Source: Candidatus Latescibacterota bacterium
GTDB taxonomy: Bacteria > Latescibacterota > UBA2968
Assembly (NCBI GenBank): GCA_965204745.1
Contig: OZ242010.1
Location: 3,392,001-3,456,000 of the forward strand
Direction of reading: 5' to 3'
DNA length: 64,000 nucleotides
Part shown: positions 48,943 through 59,122 of the stretch, in pieces
Layout: each line of letters begins with the position of its first letter
Numbering within the stretch: position 1 is the stretch's first letter
Made by a program: the position numbers and the translations under genes
Notes under the pieces: model-generated
Seen by the model: only the letters and a program-made list of their open reading frames with translations
Databases searched by the model: none
Told to the model about the DNA's origin: nothing

Positions 48943-49788
48943 ATGAATTTTTTTTTGGTGTTGCGCGAAGCATTGCGGGGCATTGCGCGCACGGGAATCG
49001 CGGGCGTGATTTCCGTGGCGACTATCGGGGTCTCCCTGCTGGTCTTGGCCTGGTTTGGGCAGGTGATTGTGGGCGCGCACGCCTTGGTCGACCAACTGCG
49101 CGAACAGGTGGAGATCCATATTTACTTTTTTGATGGCGTTTCACAACAGCGCGTATTCGCACTGGAGCGCACCTTGAAAGGCATGCCCGAGGTGGCCGGG
49201 GTCGTGTATGTGGATCGAGACGCGGCGGCCAGAGAATTTCGCGCCTTGTTCGGTTCGGCTACGGTTGACGCGCTCTCGCGCAATCCCCTGCCCGCTTCGC
49301 TTCGGGTTCGCATTGCCCCCGGTGCGGATATGCCGCACCGAACCCGGGCCGTTGCAATGGCTGTCAGCGGCCACGAAATTGTGGAAGGGGTCGATGTGGG
49401 CGATGTGTGGGTGGATACGCTGGCGCGATTTGTGCAAGTGATCATCGGCGTTGGACTCGTGCTGGGCAGTGCGCTGTGTTTGGCGTGCGCGTTTGCCGTG
49501 GGCAATACGACGAAGTCGATGGTGCTCGCGCAGCGCGATGCCATCGAGATTATGCGGTTGGTCGGCGCGACAGAGGCGACTGTGCGGATGCCCTTGTGGA
49601 TCGGCGGCGCGATCCAAGGCGTGACAGGCGGGTTGTTGGCGTCTGCGATGTTGTCTTATGTCGCGTCTTGGTGGACGGTTCGCGTGCCGGATTTGGCGGT
49701 GCGACCGTCGGTTGAGATGGGATGCGCGTTGGTGGTCATCGGCGCGGTGCTCGGCGTGATAGGCAGTTGGGGATCGTTGAGAAAGTAG
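48943..49788 (+). CDS. ftsX: FtsX-like permease
   Basis: NPLPAS, GNT......IEIMRLVGAT...VRMP. Confidence 0.88.
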   Translation: MNFFLVLREALRGIARTGIAGVISVATIGVSLLVLAWFGQVIVGAHALVDQLREQVEIHIYFFDGVSQQRVFALERTLKGMPEVAGVVYVDRDAAAREFRALFGSATVDALSRNPLPASLRVRIAPGADMPHRTRAVAMAVSGHEIVEGVDVGDVWVDTLARFVQVIIGVGLVLGSALCLACAFAVGNTTKSMVLAQRDAIEIMRLVGATEATVRMPLWIGGAIQGVTGGLLASAMLSYVASWWTVRVPDLAVRPSVEMGCALVVIGAVLGVIGSWGSLRK

Positions 49789-49794
49789 GGTGCA

Positions 49795-50439
49795 ATGCAG
49801 AACACAGCGCGTACAATCTGCGTGATAGCCCTTTTAATCGCCGGGTCAAATAGTGCGATGGCGCAGACGAGCAATGAGTTGGAGGCGCAACAACAAGCAG
49901 AGCGAGCCGCGCTGGACAGTTTGAAAGCGCGCATAGCGGCTGAGGACAGACATTTGCAACGGGCACGCCCGGCGTCGGAAGAGGAGATGCAGGAACAACT
50001 CGAGCGAGATAGGGCGCAGGTTGAGGAGGCGTTGCGCGTGGTGCAGAACACCTCTCGGGAACTCTCGCTTCGGATCGAGAACACGGAACAACACCTTCGG
50101 CAGGCCCAAGACCAACTCAAAACGCTCGAGCGCGAGATGGCGCAACGCATGCGCGAAAGATATAAAATAGAGCATCGGGGCATCCTGGCGATGTTGTTTT
50201 CCGCGCGGTCACTTGGCAATGCCGCACAGCGCGTGCGGTATTTGTCGCAACTGGCGGATCGGGATCAGCGGGATTTTCAAACATTGCAAACAGCGCGCAA
50301 ACGGGTGAGCCTTTTTTACGCGATTCACAGTTCTCAGCAGCGGCGACAGCAAATTTTGGTACAGCGCGAACGCGCCAATGAGCAGGTCTTGAAGCGTCTG
50401 ACAACGGATAGGTCGGGAATCAAAAATAGTGGTCAGTAG
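49795..50439 (+). CDS. EnvC-like coiled-coil protein lacking the M23 domain
   Basis: Signal peptide, coiled coil, LFSARS...RVRYL..L...D motif; follows ftsX. Confidence 0.7.
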   Translation: MQNTARTICVIALLIAGSNSAMAQTSNELEAQQQAERAALDSLKARIAAEDRHLQRARPASEEEMQEQLERDRAQVEEALRVVQNTSRELSLRIENTEQHLRQAQDQLKTLEREMAQRMRERYKIEHRGILAMLFSARSLGNAAQRVRYLSQLADRDQRDFQTLQTARKRVSLFYAIHSSQQRRQQILVQRERANEQVLKRLTTDRSGIKNSGQ

Positions 50440-50513
50440 TCAGTGGTCAGTGGTCAGTCCCCGCCCGGCCACCCAAGCCGTGCGAGACGTAAGAGGGGAG
50501 AAGCAAGAAGCAA

Positions 50514-50821
50514 GAGGCAAGAGGCAAGAGGCAAGAGGCAAGAGGCAAGAGGCAAGAGGCAAGAGGCAAGAGGCAAGAGGCAAGAGGCAAGAGGCAAGAG
50601 GCAAGAGGCAAGAGGCAAGAGGCAAGAGGCAAGAGGCAAGAGGCAAGAGGCAAGAGGCAAGAGGCAAGAGGCAAGAGGCAAGAGGCAAGAGGCAAGAGGC
50701 AAGAGGCAAGAGGCAAGAGGCAAGAGGCAAGAGGCAAGAGGCAAGAGGCAAGAGGCAAGAGGCAAGAGGCAAGAGGCAAGAGGCAAGAGGCAAGAGGCAA
50801 GAGGCAAGAGGCAAGAGGCAA
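50514..50821. repeat. (GAGGCAA)44 perfect heptamer microsatellite
   Basis: 308 bp of perfect units preceded by two GAAGCAA units. Confidence 0.97.
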
Positions 50822-51118
50822 GAGGGGTGGCCTTCTCACGTCTCACCTCTACCTTCTCACTTTTTTGGGTGGCCTTCTCGTCTTGCCTCTCACCTCTTGT
50901 ATCTTCGGGCCATCGCCCCTACACATATCGCTCACCTTTTGTGCCTTTTGTGCCTTTTGTGGCTAAAATCCCATCTCCCGTCTTCCCGAAGGGCGTTGGG
51001 CGGGGTTGTCTTGCCTCTCACCTCTCCCGTCTTACCTCTACCTTCTCACCTTTTTGGGCGGTCTTGCCCGCTCAAAGATACGAGAAGGCCATCCAACCCT
51101 TATGACCTTTGATTCGAT

Positions 51119-52075
51119 ATGGATTATCAATCGGCTCTAAATTTCTTGCTCGCGGGCGATCCGCTCGTGTTGACGACGCATGTGCATGCAGATGGCGATG
51201 GCTTGGGCGCGGTGTTGGGGTTGAGCCATTGGTTGACGCGACAGGCGCAGGCGCATCGGATTTTGGTGGCGGATGAGACGTTGAATCGCAAGTTTCGGTT
51301 TTTGCCAGGGCATGAGCGCGTCGAGTTGCGCGGCGCTTGGGATGATGACTCGGCCGTGCAGCGACTCGTGGTGGTAGATGCGCCCACCCTGTCCAAAGAG
51401 CGCGTTGGCGAGGTGGCGAATCTGATTGGGCCCGCGACTCAAACGCTGGTGATCGATCATCACTTGGGCGAAGACGAGGAGGGCGATGTGCGGGTGATCG
51501 ATGCGGGTGCTAGCGCGGCGAGCGAGTTGATCTATTTGCTCATCCGCGCATCCGGTACTGGGTTCACGCCGGAGATCGCCACCTGTTTGTACGCAGGGAT
51601 CGCGTTTGACACGAAATTGTTCAAGCATTCGCATCCCGAACGCGCGATTCGCGTGGGCGCAGAACTCGTCGACCTCGGCGCGGACCCGCAACAGGTCGCC
51701 GAGGATTTGTTTTCGCATCAGACCTACGAGACAGCGAAAACCCTGGGGTTCGCGCTATCGAACCTGACCTTGCACGAAAATGGGCGGGTCAGCGCGTTGT
51801 ACATAGATCACAAAACCCTGATGCTGGAGGGCGACTTGGACGGGGTGGTCGATCACGCGATGGCGATTGACGGCGTTGAAGTCGCGTTGTTTTTTAAGGA
51901 ATACGAGCCGGGGCAACAGCGGGTGAGTTTGCGGTCGCGGGGCAATGTGGATGTCAACCGCGTCGCCCGACAATTCGATGGCGGGGGGCACATGCGCGCA
52001 TCGGGTTGCCGCATCAAAGGGCCCGTGGATGAGGCGCGAGCGCGGTTGCTATCGGTTGTGCGCGAACAATTGTGA
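51119..52075 (+). CDS. nrnA: DHH/DHHA1 phosphoesterase (NrnA-like nanoRNase)
   Basis: THVHADGD, IDHH, SLRS, GGGHMRASG. Confidence 0.88.
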   Translation: MDYQSALNFLLAGDPLVLTTHVHADGDGLGAVLGLSHWLTRQAQAHRILVADETLNRKFRFLPGHERVELRGAWDDDSAVQRLVVVDAPTLSKERVGEVANLIGPATQTLVIDHHLGEDEEGDVRVIDAGASAASELIYLLIRASGTGFTPEIATCLYAGIAFDTKLFKHSHPERAIRVGAELVDLGADPQQVAEDLFSHQTYETAKTLGFALSNLTLHENGRVSALYIDHKTLMLEGDLDGVVDHAMAIDGVEVALFFKEYEPGQQRVSLRSRGNVDVNRVARQFDGGGHMRASGCRIKGPVDEARARLLSVVREQL

Positions 52076-52081
52076 GGAAGG

Positions 52082-53002
52082 ATGATTATGGATCTTTTGA
52101 CCTTAAAGACGTGGTCCGCAGAGGATATTTTGAGCACAGTGGAACTGGGGTTGGCGACAAAAAAAAATCCCCAACACTACGCGGGGCGGCTGAACGGACA
52201 GACGCTGGCGATGTTGTTTCAAAAGACCTCCACGCGCACCCGAATGTCTTTTGAAGTGGGCATGCGCCAACTGGGCGGGCAAGCGGTATTTTTGAATTGG
52301 ATGGAGACCAATTTTGCCCTGGCGGATTTGCGCGACGAAGCGCAGGTGTTGTCCCGATACGCGGATGTGATCATGGCGCGCATGCTCGAGCACGAGGATT
52401 TGCTTTGTTTGAGTGCGGGCTCTGAAGTGCCCGTGATCAACGGCTGTTGTGACCGGTATCACCCCTGTCAGGCCTTGGGCGATCTGATGTCGATCCTAGA
52501 GGTGCGAGGCGCGTTCGAGGGCGTCCACCTGGTTTATGTGGGCATGTGGAACAATGTGTGCAATTCGCTGGTGGCGGCGTGTACAAAAGCCGGCGTGCGG
52601 ATAACCGCAGTGACGCCGGAGGTCAACGAGCCGTCTGAAGACCCCGAACTCGTCGCAGCAGCGCGTGCCACCGGGTTGTTTGAGCAGACGTGCGATCTCG
52701 ACGTTGCCGATGCGGATTTTATTTATACGGATACCTGGATCGATATGGAGTTTTTCGACAACCCGAAATTTGCTGCCGAGAAAGCGCGGCGTGCGCGGGT
52801 GTTCGCGCCCTATCAGATCAACGGCGATTTGCTCAACAAGACCGACGCTTATGTGATGCACTGCTTGCCCGCGCACAAGGGCTATGAGGTGACGGACGAG
52901 GTGATGGCGAGCGATCGGTGCATTGCAGTGGATCAAGCGGAAAATCGCATGCACATTCAAAAGGCGTTGCTGATGCGGATGATCGCGCCGGAGGGCGTGT
53001 AA
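52082..53002 (+). CDS. argF: Ornithine carbamoyltransferase
   Basis: STRTR, HPCQ, MHCLP, QAENR. Confidence 0.85.
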   Translation: MIMDLLTLKTWSAEDILSTVELGLATKKNPQHYAGRLNGQTLAMLFQKTSTRTRMSFEVGMRQLGGQAVFLNWMETNFALADLRDEAQVLSRYADVIMARMLEHEDLLCLSAGSEVPVINGCCDRYHPCQALGDLMSILEVRGAFEGVHLVYVGMWNNVCNSLVAACTKAGVRITAVTPEVNEPSEDPELVAAARATGLFEQTCDLDVADADFIYTDTWIDMEFFDNPKFAAEKARRARVFAPYQINGDLLNKTDAYVMHCLPAHKGYEVTDEVMASDRCIAVDQAENRMHIQKALLMRMIAPEGV

Positions 53003-54363
53003 TGGCAAACGAGAAAAAATCGGTGGTGGCGGGAGACGCAATCCCCGAACGCGCCCATTTGCAGGGGCTAAAAGAGAAAATCGCGACGCGCGACGCGCGC
53101 GTCGCGGTGATCGGCCTGGGCTATGTGGGCTTGTCTTTGGGCGTGGAACTGGGCAAGGCCGGGTTTTCCGTGACCGGGATCGATACGGCTACCCGCAAGG
53201 TGGATCTGGTGTTGGCGGGCAAGTCGGATGTGCAAGGCGTGTCGGAGTTCGAGGTGGCAGGGCTTCGCGCCGTGGGAAAACTGACCGCGACTCGGGGCTA
53301 TGACGCGATAGCCGAGGTCGATGTGGTGGTGGTGTGCGTGCATACGCCGCTGAATAAAACGCGCGATCCGGATGTCTCATTCATCGCCCAAGCGTGCGAT
53401 GCGATCAAAGGCCGGTTGCGCTGCGGGCAACTGGTGATTTTGGAGAGTACGACGTATCCGGGCACGACTCGGGAACTGGTCTTGCCATTGCTCGAGGAGA
53501 GCGGGTTGAAGGTGGGGGAGGACTTTTTTTTGGTATTTTCCCCGGAGCGCGTGGATCCGGGCAATCAGCTCTATACCATCACCAACACGCCCAAAGTGGT
53601 GGGGGGGATTACGCCTGCGTGCAAAAAAATCGGCACGCATTTTTATCGGCAGTTGATCAGCGAGGTGGTGCCGGTGTCTTCCACGCAAGCCGCGGAGATG
53701 ACCAAGTTGCTGGAAAATACGTTTCGCAGTGTGAATATCGGCTTGGTCAATGAGGTGGCTTTGATGTGCGACAGGTTGGGGGTCGACGTTTGGGAGGTGG
53801 TCGATGCTGCTGCGACCAAGCCGTTTGGGTTCATGCCGTTTTATCCCGGCCCCGGGCTTGGCGGGCATTGTATTCCGGTCGATCCGCACTTCTTGGCGTG
53901 GAAACTCAAGACGCTGGATTACAATGCGCGCTTTATCGAATTGGCGAGCGAGGTGACGCGCAGCATGCCGGGCTATGTGGTGGCGAAGGTCGCCGATGCG
54001 CTCAATACACATGAGCGCAGTTTGAAGGGGTCGAATATCCTGGTCTTAGGCGTGACGTACAAGCCCGATGTGGGGGATATCCGCGAGTCGCCCGCGTTGG
54101 ATATTTTGGAGATGCTTCGGGAAAAGGGCGCGCGGGTTACGTATCACGATCCGTTTGTGGCCCGCCTGAATGTGGATGGCCTAAATTTGAAGTGCGTGGC
54201 GTTGAATGAGAACAAAATAAAAAATGCCCATTGCGTGGTGATCGCCACGCATCACAGCGATTGCGATTACGAATGGATCGTTCGGCACGCGCGCTGTATT
54301 GTCGATACGCGCAATGCCACAAAGGCCGTGGCGGGAACCAAGGATCACGTCATTAAATTGTAA
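53002..54363 (+). CDS. Nucleotide-sugar (UDP-HexNAc) dehydrogenase
   Basis: [29 protein letters not shown]. Confidence 0.93.
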   Translation: MANEKKSVVAGDAIPERAHLQGLKEKIATRDARVAVIGLGYVGLSLGVELGKAGFSVTGIDTATRKVDLVLAGKSDVQGVSEFEVAGLRAVGKLTATRGYDAIAEVDVVVVCVHTPLNKTRDPDVSFIAQACDAIKGRLRCGQLVILESTTYPGTTRELVLPLLEESGLKVGEDFFLVFSPERVDPGNQLYTITNTPKVVGGITPACKKIGTHFYRQLISEVVPVSSTQAAEMTKLLENTFRSVNIGLVNEVALMCDRLGVDVWEVVDAAATKPFGFMPFYPGPGLGGHCIPVDPHFLAWKLKTLDYNARFIELASEVTRSMPGYVVAKVADALNTHERSLKGSNILVLGVTYKPDVGDIRESPALDILEMLREKGARVTYHDPFVARLNVDGLNLKCVALNENKIKNAHCVVIATHHSDCDYEWIVRHARCIVDTRNATKAVAGTKDHVIKL

Positions 54364-54377
54364 GGGCAGGGGACGAT

Positions 54378-55313
54378 ATGCGTATTTTACTCACGGGGGG
54401 CGCGGGGTTTTTGGGATCGCATTTGTGCGACCGGTTGTTGGCTGAGGGGCACGAAGTGATTGCGATGGACAATTTGCTGACCGGGCGCGCGGCAAATCTC
54501 GCCCACCTTTTTGGGCGGGATGGGTTTGCATTTGTCAAGCACGACGTGACCAACTACATCTACGTGAAGGGGCCGCTGGATTACGTGCTGCATTTTGCCA
54601 GCCCGGCCAGTCCCGATGATTTTTCGCGCTATCCCATTCGCATTTTGAAAGTGGGCGCGCACGGCACGCACAACGCGCTCGGCGTGGCGCGGGCAAAAAG
54701 GGCGAAGTTTTTTTTGGCCTCGACATCCGAGATTTACGGCGACCCGCAGGAGCATCCGCAACGGGAATCGTATTGGGGCAATGTCAATACCCTGGGCACG
54801 CGCGGGGTGTATGACGAGGCCAAGCGGTTTGCCGAGGCGATGACGATGGCCTATCACCGCGAGAGCGGGATCGACACGCGGATCGTGCGAATTTTTAATA
54901 CGTACGGGCCGCGCATGCGAAAAGACGACGGGCGGGCCATTCCCAATTTTATCAATCGGGCGCTGTCGGATGAACCTTTGGAGGTCTATGGCACGGGCCA
55001 TCAAACGCGCAGTATTTGTTACGTGTCCGATCTGATCGAAGGGATTTACCGGTTGATGCACGCGGATTATCACGAGCCGGTGAACATCGGCGATCCGTCG
55101 AGCGAGACCACCATGCTCGATCTCGCCAAAACAATCGTCAAACTGGCCGAGAGCAAGAGCGCGATCACCCTGAAGCCCAACATGCAAATCGGCGACGACC
55201 CCCATAAGCGACAACCCGACATCACACTGGCAAAAAAACTCTTGGGCTGGCAACCCCAAGTGACGCCAGAACAAGGCTTGCGACAGACGATTGAATGGTT
55301 TCGAGCGCATTAG
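54378..55313 (+). CDS. UDP-glucuronate decarboxylase-like SDR
   Basis: [33 protein letters not shown]. Confidence 0.92.
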   Translation: MRILLTGGAGFLGSHLCDRLLAEGHEVIAMDNLLTGRAANLAHLFGRDGFAFVKHDVTNYIYVKGPLDYVLHFASPASPDDFSRYPIRILKVGAHGTHNALGVARAKRAKFFLASTSEIYGDPQEHPQRESYWGNVNTLGTRGVYDEAKRFAEAMTMAYHRESGIDTRIVRIFNTYGPRMRKDDGRAIPNFINRALSDEPLEVYGTGHQTRSICYVSDLIEGIYRLMHADYHEPVNIGDPSSETTMLDLAKTIVKLAESKSAITLKPNMQIGDDPHKRQPDITLAKKLLGWQPQVTPEQGLRQTIEWFRAH

Positions 55314-55369
55314 GTTGCCGTTGCCCACCCAACACCAGCCATGTGGCTATCACCGAAAAGGGGCGTGCG

Positions 55370-57541
55370 ATGTCGCGTTTCAAAAATGGATGGGTTCTCC
55401 CGTGGGGGCGTGTCGCGTTGTTCGCGTTGCCGTTTTTCGCCGTGGTTGCGATGGTCGGGTGTTTGGACGATGGGGACCGCGCCGAGTCTGTTTTGCGCGT
55501 TGAAAAACTGATCGCCCGCCAAAATTTTGCCGAGGCAATGTCCGTTCTCCAAAAACTGGATGAGGGCGCGCTTGACGCCGGGGAGGCGCGCAATAGCCGG
55601 TTGCAGCGCGCGATTTGTTCGATGAACCTCGGCGAATACGCAGCCGCGCTGGCGATTTTTCGGGCGTTGGAGGGCGCGGATCAAGTGCTCGGGGATTACG
55701 TCTCGTTTTGGATGGGGCGATGCGCCGAAGCCTTGGGGCAGGCCGAAGACGCGGAGAATCACTACGCGAAAATTTTGGCGATGCAACCGGCGAGTTTGCT
55801 CGCGGCGGAGGCGACTCTGCGCGCGGGTCATGTCGCGCTGGCGCGGGGCAATGTACGGGGCGCGGTCGCGTATTATCGGGCACTTGTCCGCGAGGAGTCA
55901 CACGCGGGAGACGCGCTGGTCGGATTGGTCGCTGCGCGATCCGCATCGGGCGATTCGGTTGTTGCACGCGAGGCCGCGTTGCAGGTGATCGAAACGCATC
56001 CCACGCACCCGGCCGTTCCCGATGTGCTCGCGGGACTCGGGGATTTGCGCGGGGTCGAAGAGTGGTTTTACGCGGGCGTCGCCCATAAGCACGCGGAAAA
56101 CCACCCACGGGCCGTTGAGTTGTTGCGCCGCGTGGTCGCAAAATCCAAAGACCCCGCCTGGCAGGGCAAGGCGCAATGCGAACTCGGCCATGTGTATTAT
56201 CGAAAAAAAAAATACGGCATGGCCGAAACCGCGTTTGACCGTGCGTACAAAGTGTATCACCTGCCCGACGCCCTGTTTCACCTGGGGCGATGCGCCGTCA
56301 AGCGCGGGCACGACTTGACCGCCACGACCCGGTTTCGCAGGTTTGCGCGGCACTATCCCAAGTCGCCGGATGCAGACGAAGCCTTGTGGCAGGCGGGCAT
56401 GGCGTACGAGCGGCGCGGGCGGTACGGCGATGCGCGGGTCTTGTTTTTGGAACTGGCAAAATCCCATCCCAAAAGCAGCTATGCCGGGCGGGCCGCGTGG
56501 CGTGCGGGATTCGCGCTGTATCAGACCGAGCAATACGCAGCCGCGGCCAAGGTATTTGCGCGCCTGGCCGAGCGGGCATCGGAAAGCCATTTGCGCGATC
56601 AGGGCTATTACTGGGCGGGCAAGTGCCACCAAAAGCTGGGGCAAAACGCAGAGGCGCGGGCGTGGATAGAACGCGCAGCCAAAGGGTTTCCCATGTCGTA
56701 CTACTCGGCGCGAGCACGCACGGTCTTGGGCGAGACAGCGGGCGTTTTTTGGGACGACCCGCAACCCGTCGCGCCCCCTGTTGCGGATCAGCAGTACGCG
56801 CCATCCGCCCATGTCTATCGGGGAGACGCACTCGCAACCCTTGGCTTGTACCGAGAGGCCGAGCGCGAATACGACCGCGCCCGGCGCATCGATGCGCGCA
56901 ATGCGGTTGCAATGGAGGGCCTGATCCGGCGTTATGAGCGCGTGCGTGCCATGCACAAGGCGTTTTCGGTGTCCAGCCAAATTGTGGTACTAGAACGCAA
57001 CCGCGGGATGCCGATGACCTTGGCCTCGTTTCGGCGGTTGTATCCCACCTATTACTGGGGCGAGATCAACCGGGTGGCGCGAAAGGTCGATTTGGATCCC
57101 CATCTCATCATTGCCATTATGCGGCAGGAAAGCGCGTTTTACGCCGAGGCGGTTTCTCGTGCAGGCGCGCGCGGGTTGATGCAGGTGATGCCAGAGACCG
57201 GGCAGAAGATGGCCCGCTCGGTAAAGCTCAAAAATTTTTCAACTGGCGATCTCTTTGAACCCCAGGTGTCGATTTTGTTGGGCGGCAAGCATCTCGCCGA
57301 TCACTTGAACGCGTTTCAAAATGACGCGCACAGGCAATTCGGCTTGGCACTCGCGGCGTATAATGCGGGACCGGATGTTGCCAAGCGGTGGGCCAAACGC
57401 CTGCCCGCTCGGGATGTCGATGAATTTGTGGAACGCATCCCGTACAAAGAGACGCGCAATTACGTAAAACTGGTGTATCGCAATTACCGCGTTTATTCCT
57501 ACCTCCTCAAAGGGGCGGGAACTTCATCCGTTGGGTTATGA
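55370..57541 (+). CDS. Soluble lytic transglycosylase with TPR repeats, probable lipoprotein
   Basis: RQES, GLMQVMP, AYNAG, ETRNYV; TPR-like helices; MVGC lipobox. Confidence 0.92.
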   Translation: MSRFKNGWVLPWGRVALFALPFFAVVAMVGCLDDGDRAESVLRVEKLIARQNFAEAMSVLQKLDEGALDAGEARNSRLQRAICSMNLGEYAAALAIFRALEGADQVLGDYVSFWMGRCAEALGQAEDAENHYAKILAMQPASLLAAEATLRAGHVALARGNVRGAVAYYRALVREESHAGDALVGLVAARSASGDSVVAREAALQVIETHPTHPAVPDVLAGLGDLRGVEEWFYAGVAHKHAENHPRAVELLRRVVAKSKDPAWQGKAQCELGHVYYRKKKYGMAETAFDRAYKVYHLPDALFHLGRCAVKRGHDLTATTRFRRFARHYPKSPDADEALWQAGMAYERRGRYGDARVLFLELAKSHPKSSYAGRAAWRAGFALYQTEQYAAAAKVFARLAERASESHLRDQGYYWAGKCHQKLGQNAEARAWIERAAKGFPMSYYSARARTVLGETAGVFWDDPQPVAPPVADQQYAPSAHVYRGDALATLGLYREAEREYDRARRIDARNAVAMEGLIRRYERVRAMHKAFSVSSQIVVLERNRGMPMTLASFRRLYPTYYWGEINRVARKVDLDPHLIIAIMRQESAFYAEAVSRAGARGLMQVMPETGQKMARSVKLKNFSTGDLFEPQVSILLGGKHLADHLNAFQNDAHRQFGLALAAYNAGPDVAKRWAKRLPARDVDEFVERIPYKETRNYVKLVYRNYRVYSYLLKGAGTSSVGL

Positions 57542-57738
57542 CCATGAACGAGCGACCCCTGTGGCTGATTTTGGAAGACGCATTTATCATTCTTTGCATC
57601 GGCGCGCTTTGGCCGGGGATTTTGGGCTGGCAACACTGGATTTGGGATTTTGTCCAATACGTGGCCCTCGCTGGCTTGGTGTGGATCCTGATCCGCCGAA
57701 TTGGTCGCTACCGCGACCGTAGCGAAGGCGATGAATAG
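57538..57738 (+). CDS. Small two-TM hypothetical protein
   Basis: ATGA overlap with the SLT stop; two hydrophobic segments. Confidence 0.7.
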   Translation: MTMNERPLWLILEDAFIILCIGALWPGILGWQHWIWDFVQYVALAGLVWILIRRIGRYRDRSEGDE

Positions 57739-57741
57739 CAC

Positions 57742-57770
57742 AAAACCTCAGCAATACGCTGAGGTTTTTT
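57742..57770. terminator. Bidirectional intrinsic terminator
   Basis: AAAACCTCAGC-AATAC-GCTGAGGTTTTTT between convergent genes. Confidence 0.85.
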
Positions 57771-57930
57771 AGTTGAAGATGTAAAATTCCGCAATGACGG
57801 GATCGATGCCGCGGAGGTAGAGGATGAGGATGATGGCGGCGATGATGCACGCGGCGATGAAGAGGAGCACGAACCCGGTTTTTTGGTACCACCATTTGGG
57901 GCCGGGCGGCGGTGTATGGGGATCGCTCAT
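57769..57930 (-). CDS. Small single-TM hypothetical protein
   Basis: 53 aa; ATGA overlap with the rdgB stop. Confidence 0.6.
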   Translation of the reverse strand: MSDPHTPPPGPKWWYQKTGFVLLFIAACIIAAIILILYLRGIDPVIAEFYIFN

Positions 57931-58532
57931 GGGATGGGCGTGCTGAAGAGGTTGAGGATGTGGGGCAAGATGGCGCGCAGGGCCTGCCCCCTGTGGCTGA
58001 GGCGATTTTTCTGGTCGGCGGGCAGTTGGGCAGACGTGCAGTTGTGCGTGGGCACGTAGAACAAGGGGTCGTACCCAAACCCGTTGCGCCCTCGGGGCGC
58101 TGTGAGGACGCGCCCTTCCCATGTCGCCTGAACGGTCTGCACGAGGCCATCGGGCGTGGCAAGGGCCATCGCGCAACAAAAACGCGCGGTGCGCTGGTCT
58201 TCGGGAATGCCGCGCAGGTTTGCGATGAGTTTGCGGTTGTTGTCCTCATCCGTGGCCTGTTGCCCTGCGTAACGCGCAGAGTAGATGCCGGGCGCGCCGT
58301 CTAAGGCATCCACGACTAGGCCCGAGTCATCGGCCAACGCAGGCAAGCCCGTGTGATCGGCAATCTCTCGGGCTTTTTTGATCGCGTTGGCCTCAAAGGT
58401 GTTGCCGTCTTCAACAGTTTCGGGCGCGGTTGGAAACGCATCTAAGGATTGCACGCGGACAGCATCGCCGAGCATGGCTTGCATTTCCCGGCACTTGCCC
58501 GGGTTGCGCGTGGCGAGAATGAGGATGGGCAT
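57927..58532 (-). CDS. rdgB: Non-canonical purine NTP pyrophosphatase
   Basis: ATRNPGK, ADDSGL, GFGYDPLF, SHRGQA. Confidence 0.96.
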   Translation of the reverse strand: MPILILATRNPGKCREMQAMLGDAVRVQSLDAFPTAPETVEDGNTFEANAIKKAREIADHTGLPALADDSGLVVDALDGAPGIYSARYAGQQATDEDNNRKLIANLRGIPEDQRTARFCCAMALATPDGLVQTVQATWEGRVLTAPRGRNGFGYDPLFYVPTHNCTSAQLPADQKNRLSHRGQALRAILPHILNLFSTPIP

Positions 58533-58644
58533 GTCAGTAGTCAGTCCGCCCCGCTCAACCCCCTTCGGTAAGAGGTGAGACGGGAGACGTAAGAGGTGAG
58601 ATGGGAGTGAGTAGGGGAGAATAATTATTCTCCCCTACTCATCC

Positions 58645-58872
58645 AGGGCGAGCGCATGGTCTCGGTCTGCCTCGAAGCCACCGGGCTTTATAGCCTTGGC
58701 GGTGGCCTTGGCCTTGCATCGGCATCGCCGCACGCAGGTCATGATCGTCAATCCCAAAGCGATGCGCAAGTACGGTCAAGCCTGCATGCAACGGGCGAAG
58801 ACAGATGCGAAGGATGCGTTGTTGATCAGGGATGATGCCGGGCGCATGCCTTTTGTGCCTTGGCAACCGCCG
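58645..58872 (+). pseudogene. IS110-family transposase fragment, frameshifted
   Basis: VCLEATG, then after a frameshift IVNP...RAKTDAKDA. Confidence 0.8.
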
Positions 58873-59122
58873 AGGGGCGAATAATTATTCGCCCCTATAA
58901 TTATAGCCCCCTACGCCATGCCATCTGGGGGATGTTGCGGCATGACCAAGATTTTGAGGGCGAGAAATTCTATCGGATCACCGCGCAAACCCCTTGACCT
59001 TTAAGAGAGTATCTCCCTTCTTACCGAAGGGCGATTGGGCACGCACGGGGCCACCGCCCCTACGTTTCTATCCTCGCCTCTTACGTCTTACGTCTTACGT
59101 CTTACCTCTTATGGAGCGCCTT

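Noticed and set aside
50429-51112. ORFs with RGKRQEA or LLPLASC repeats
   Set aside because: Artefacts of translating the stop-free heptamer microsatellite
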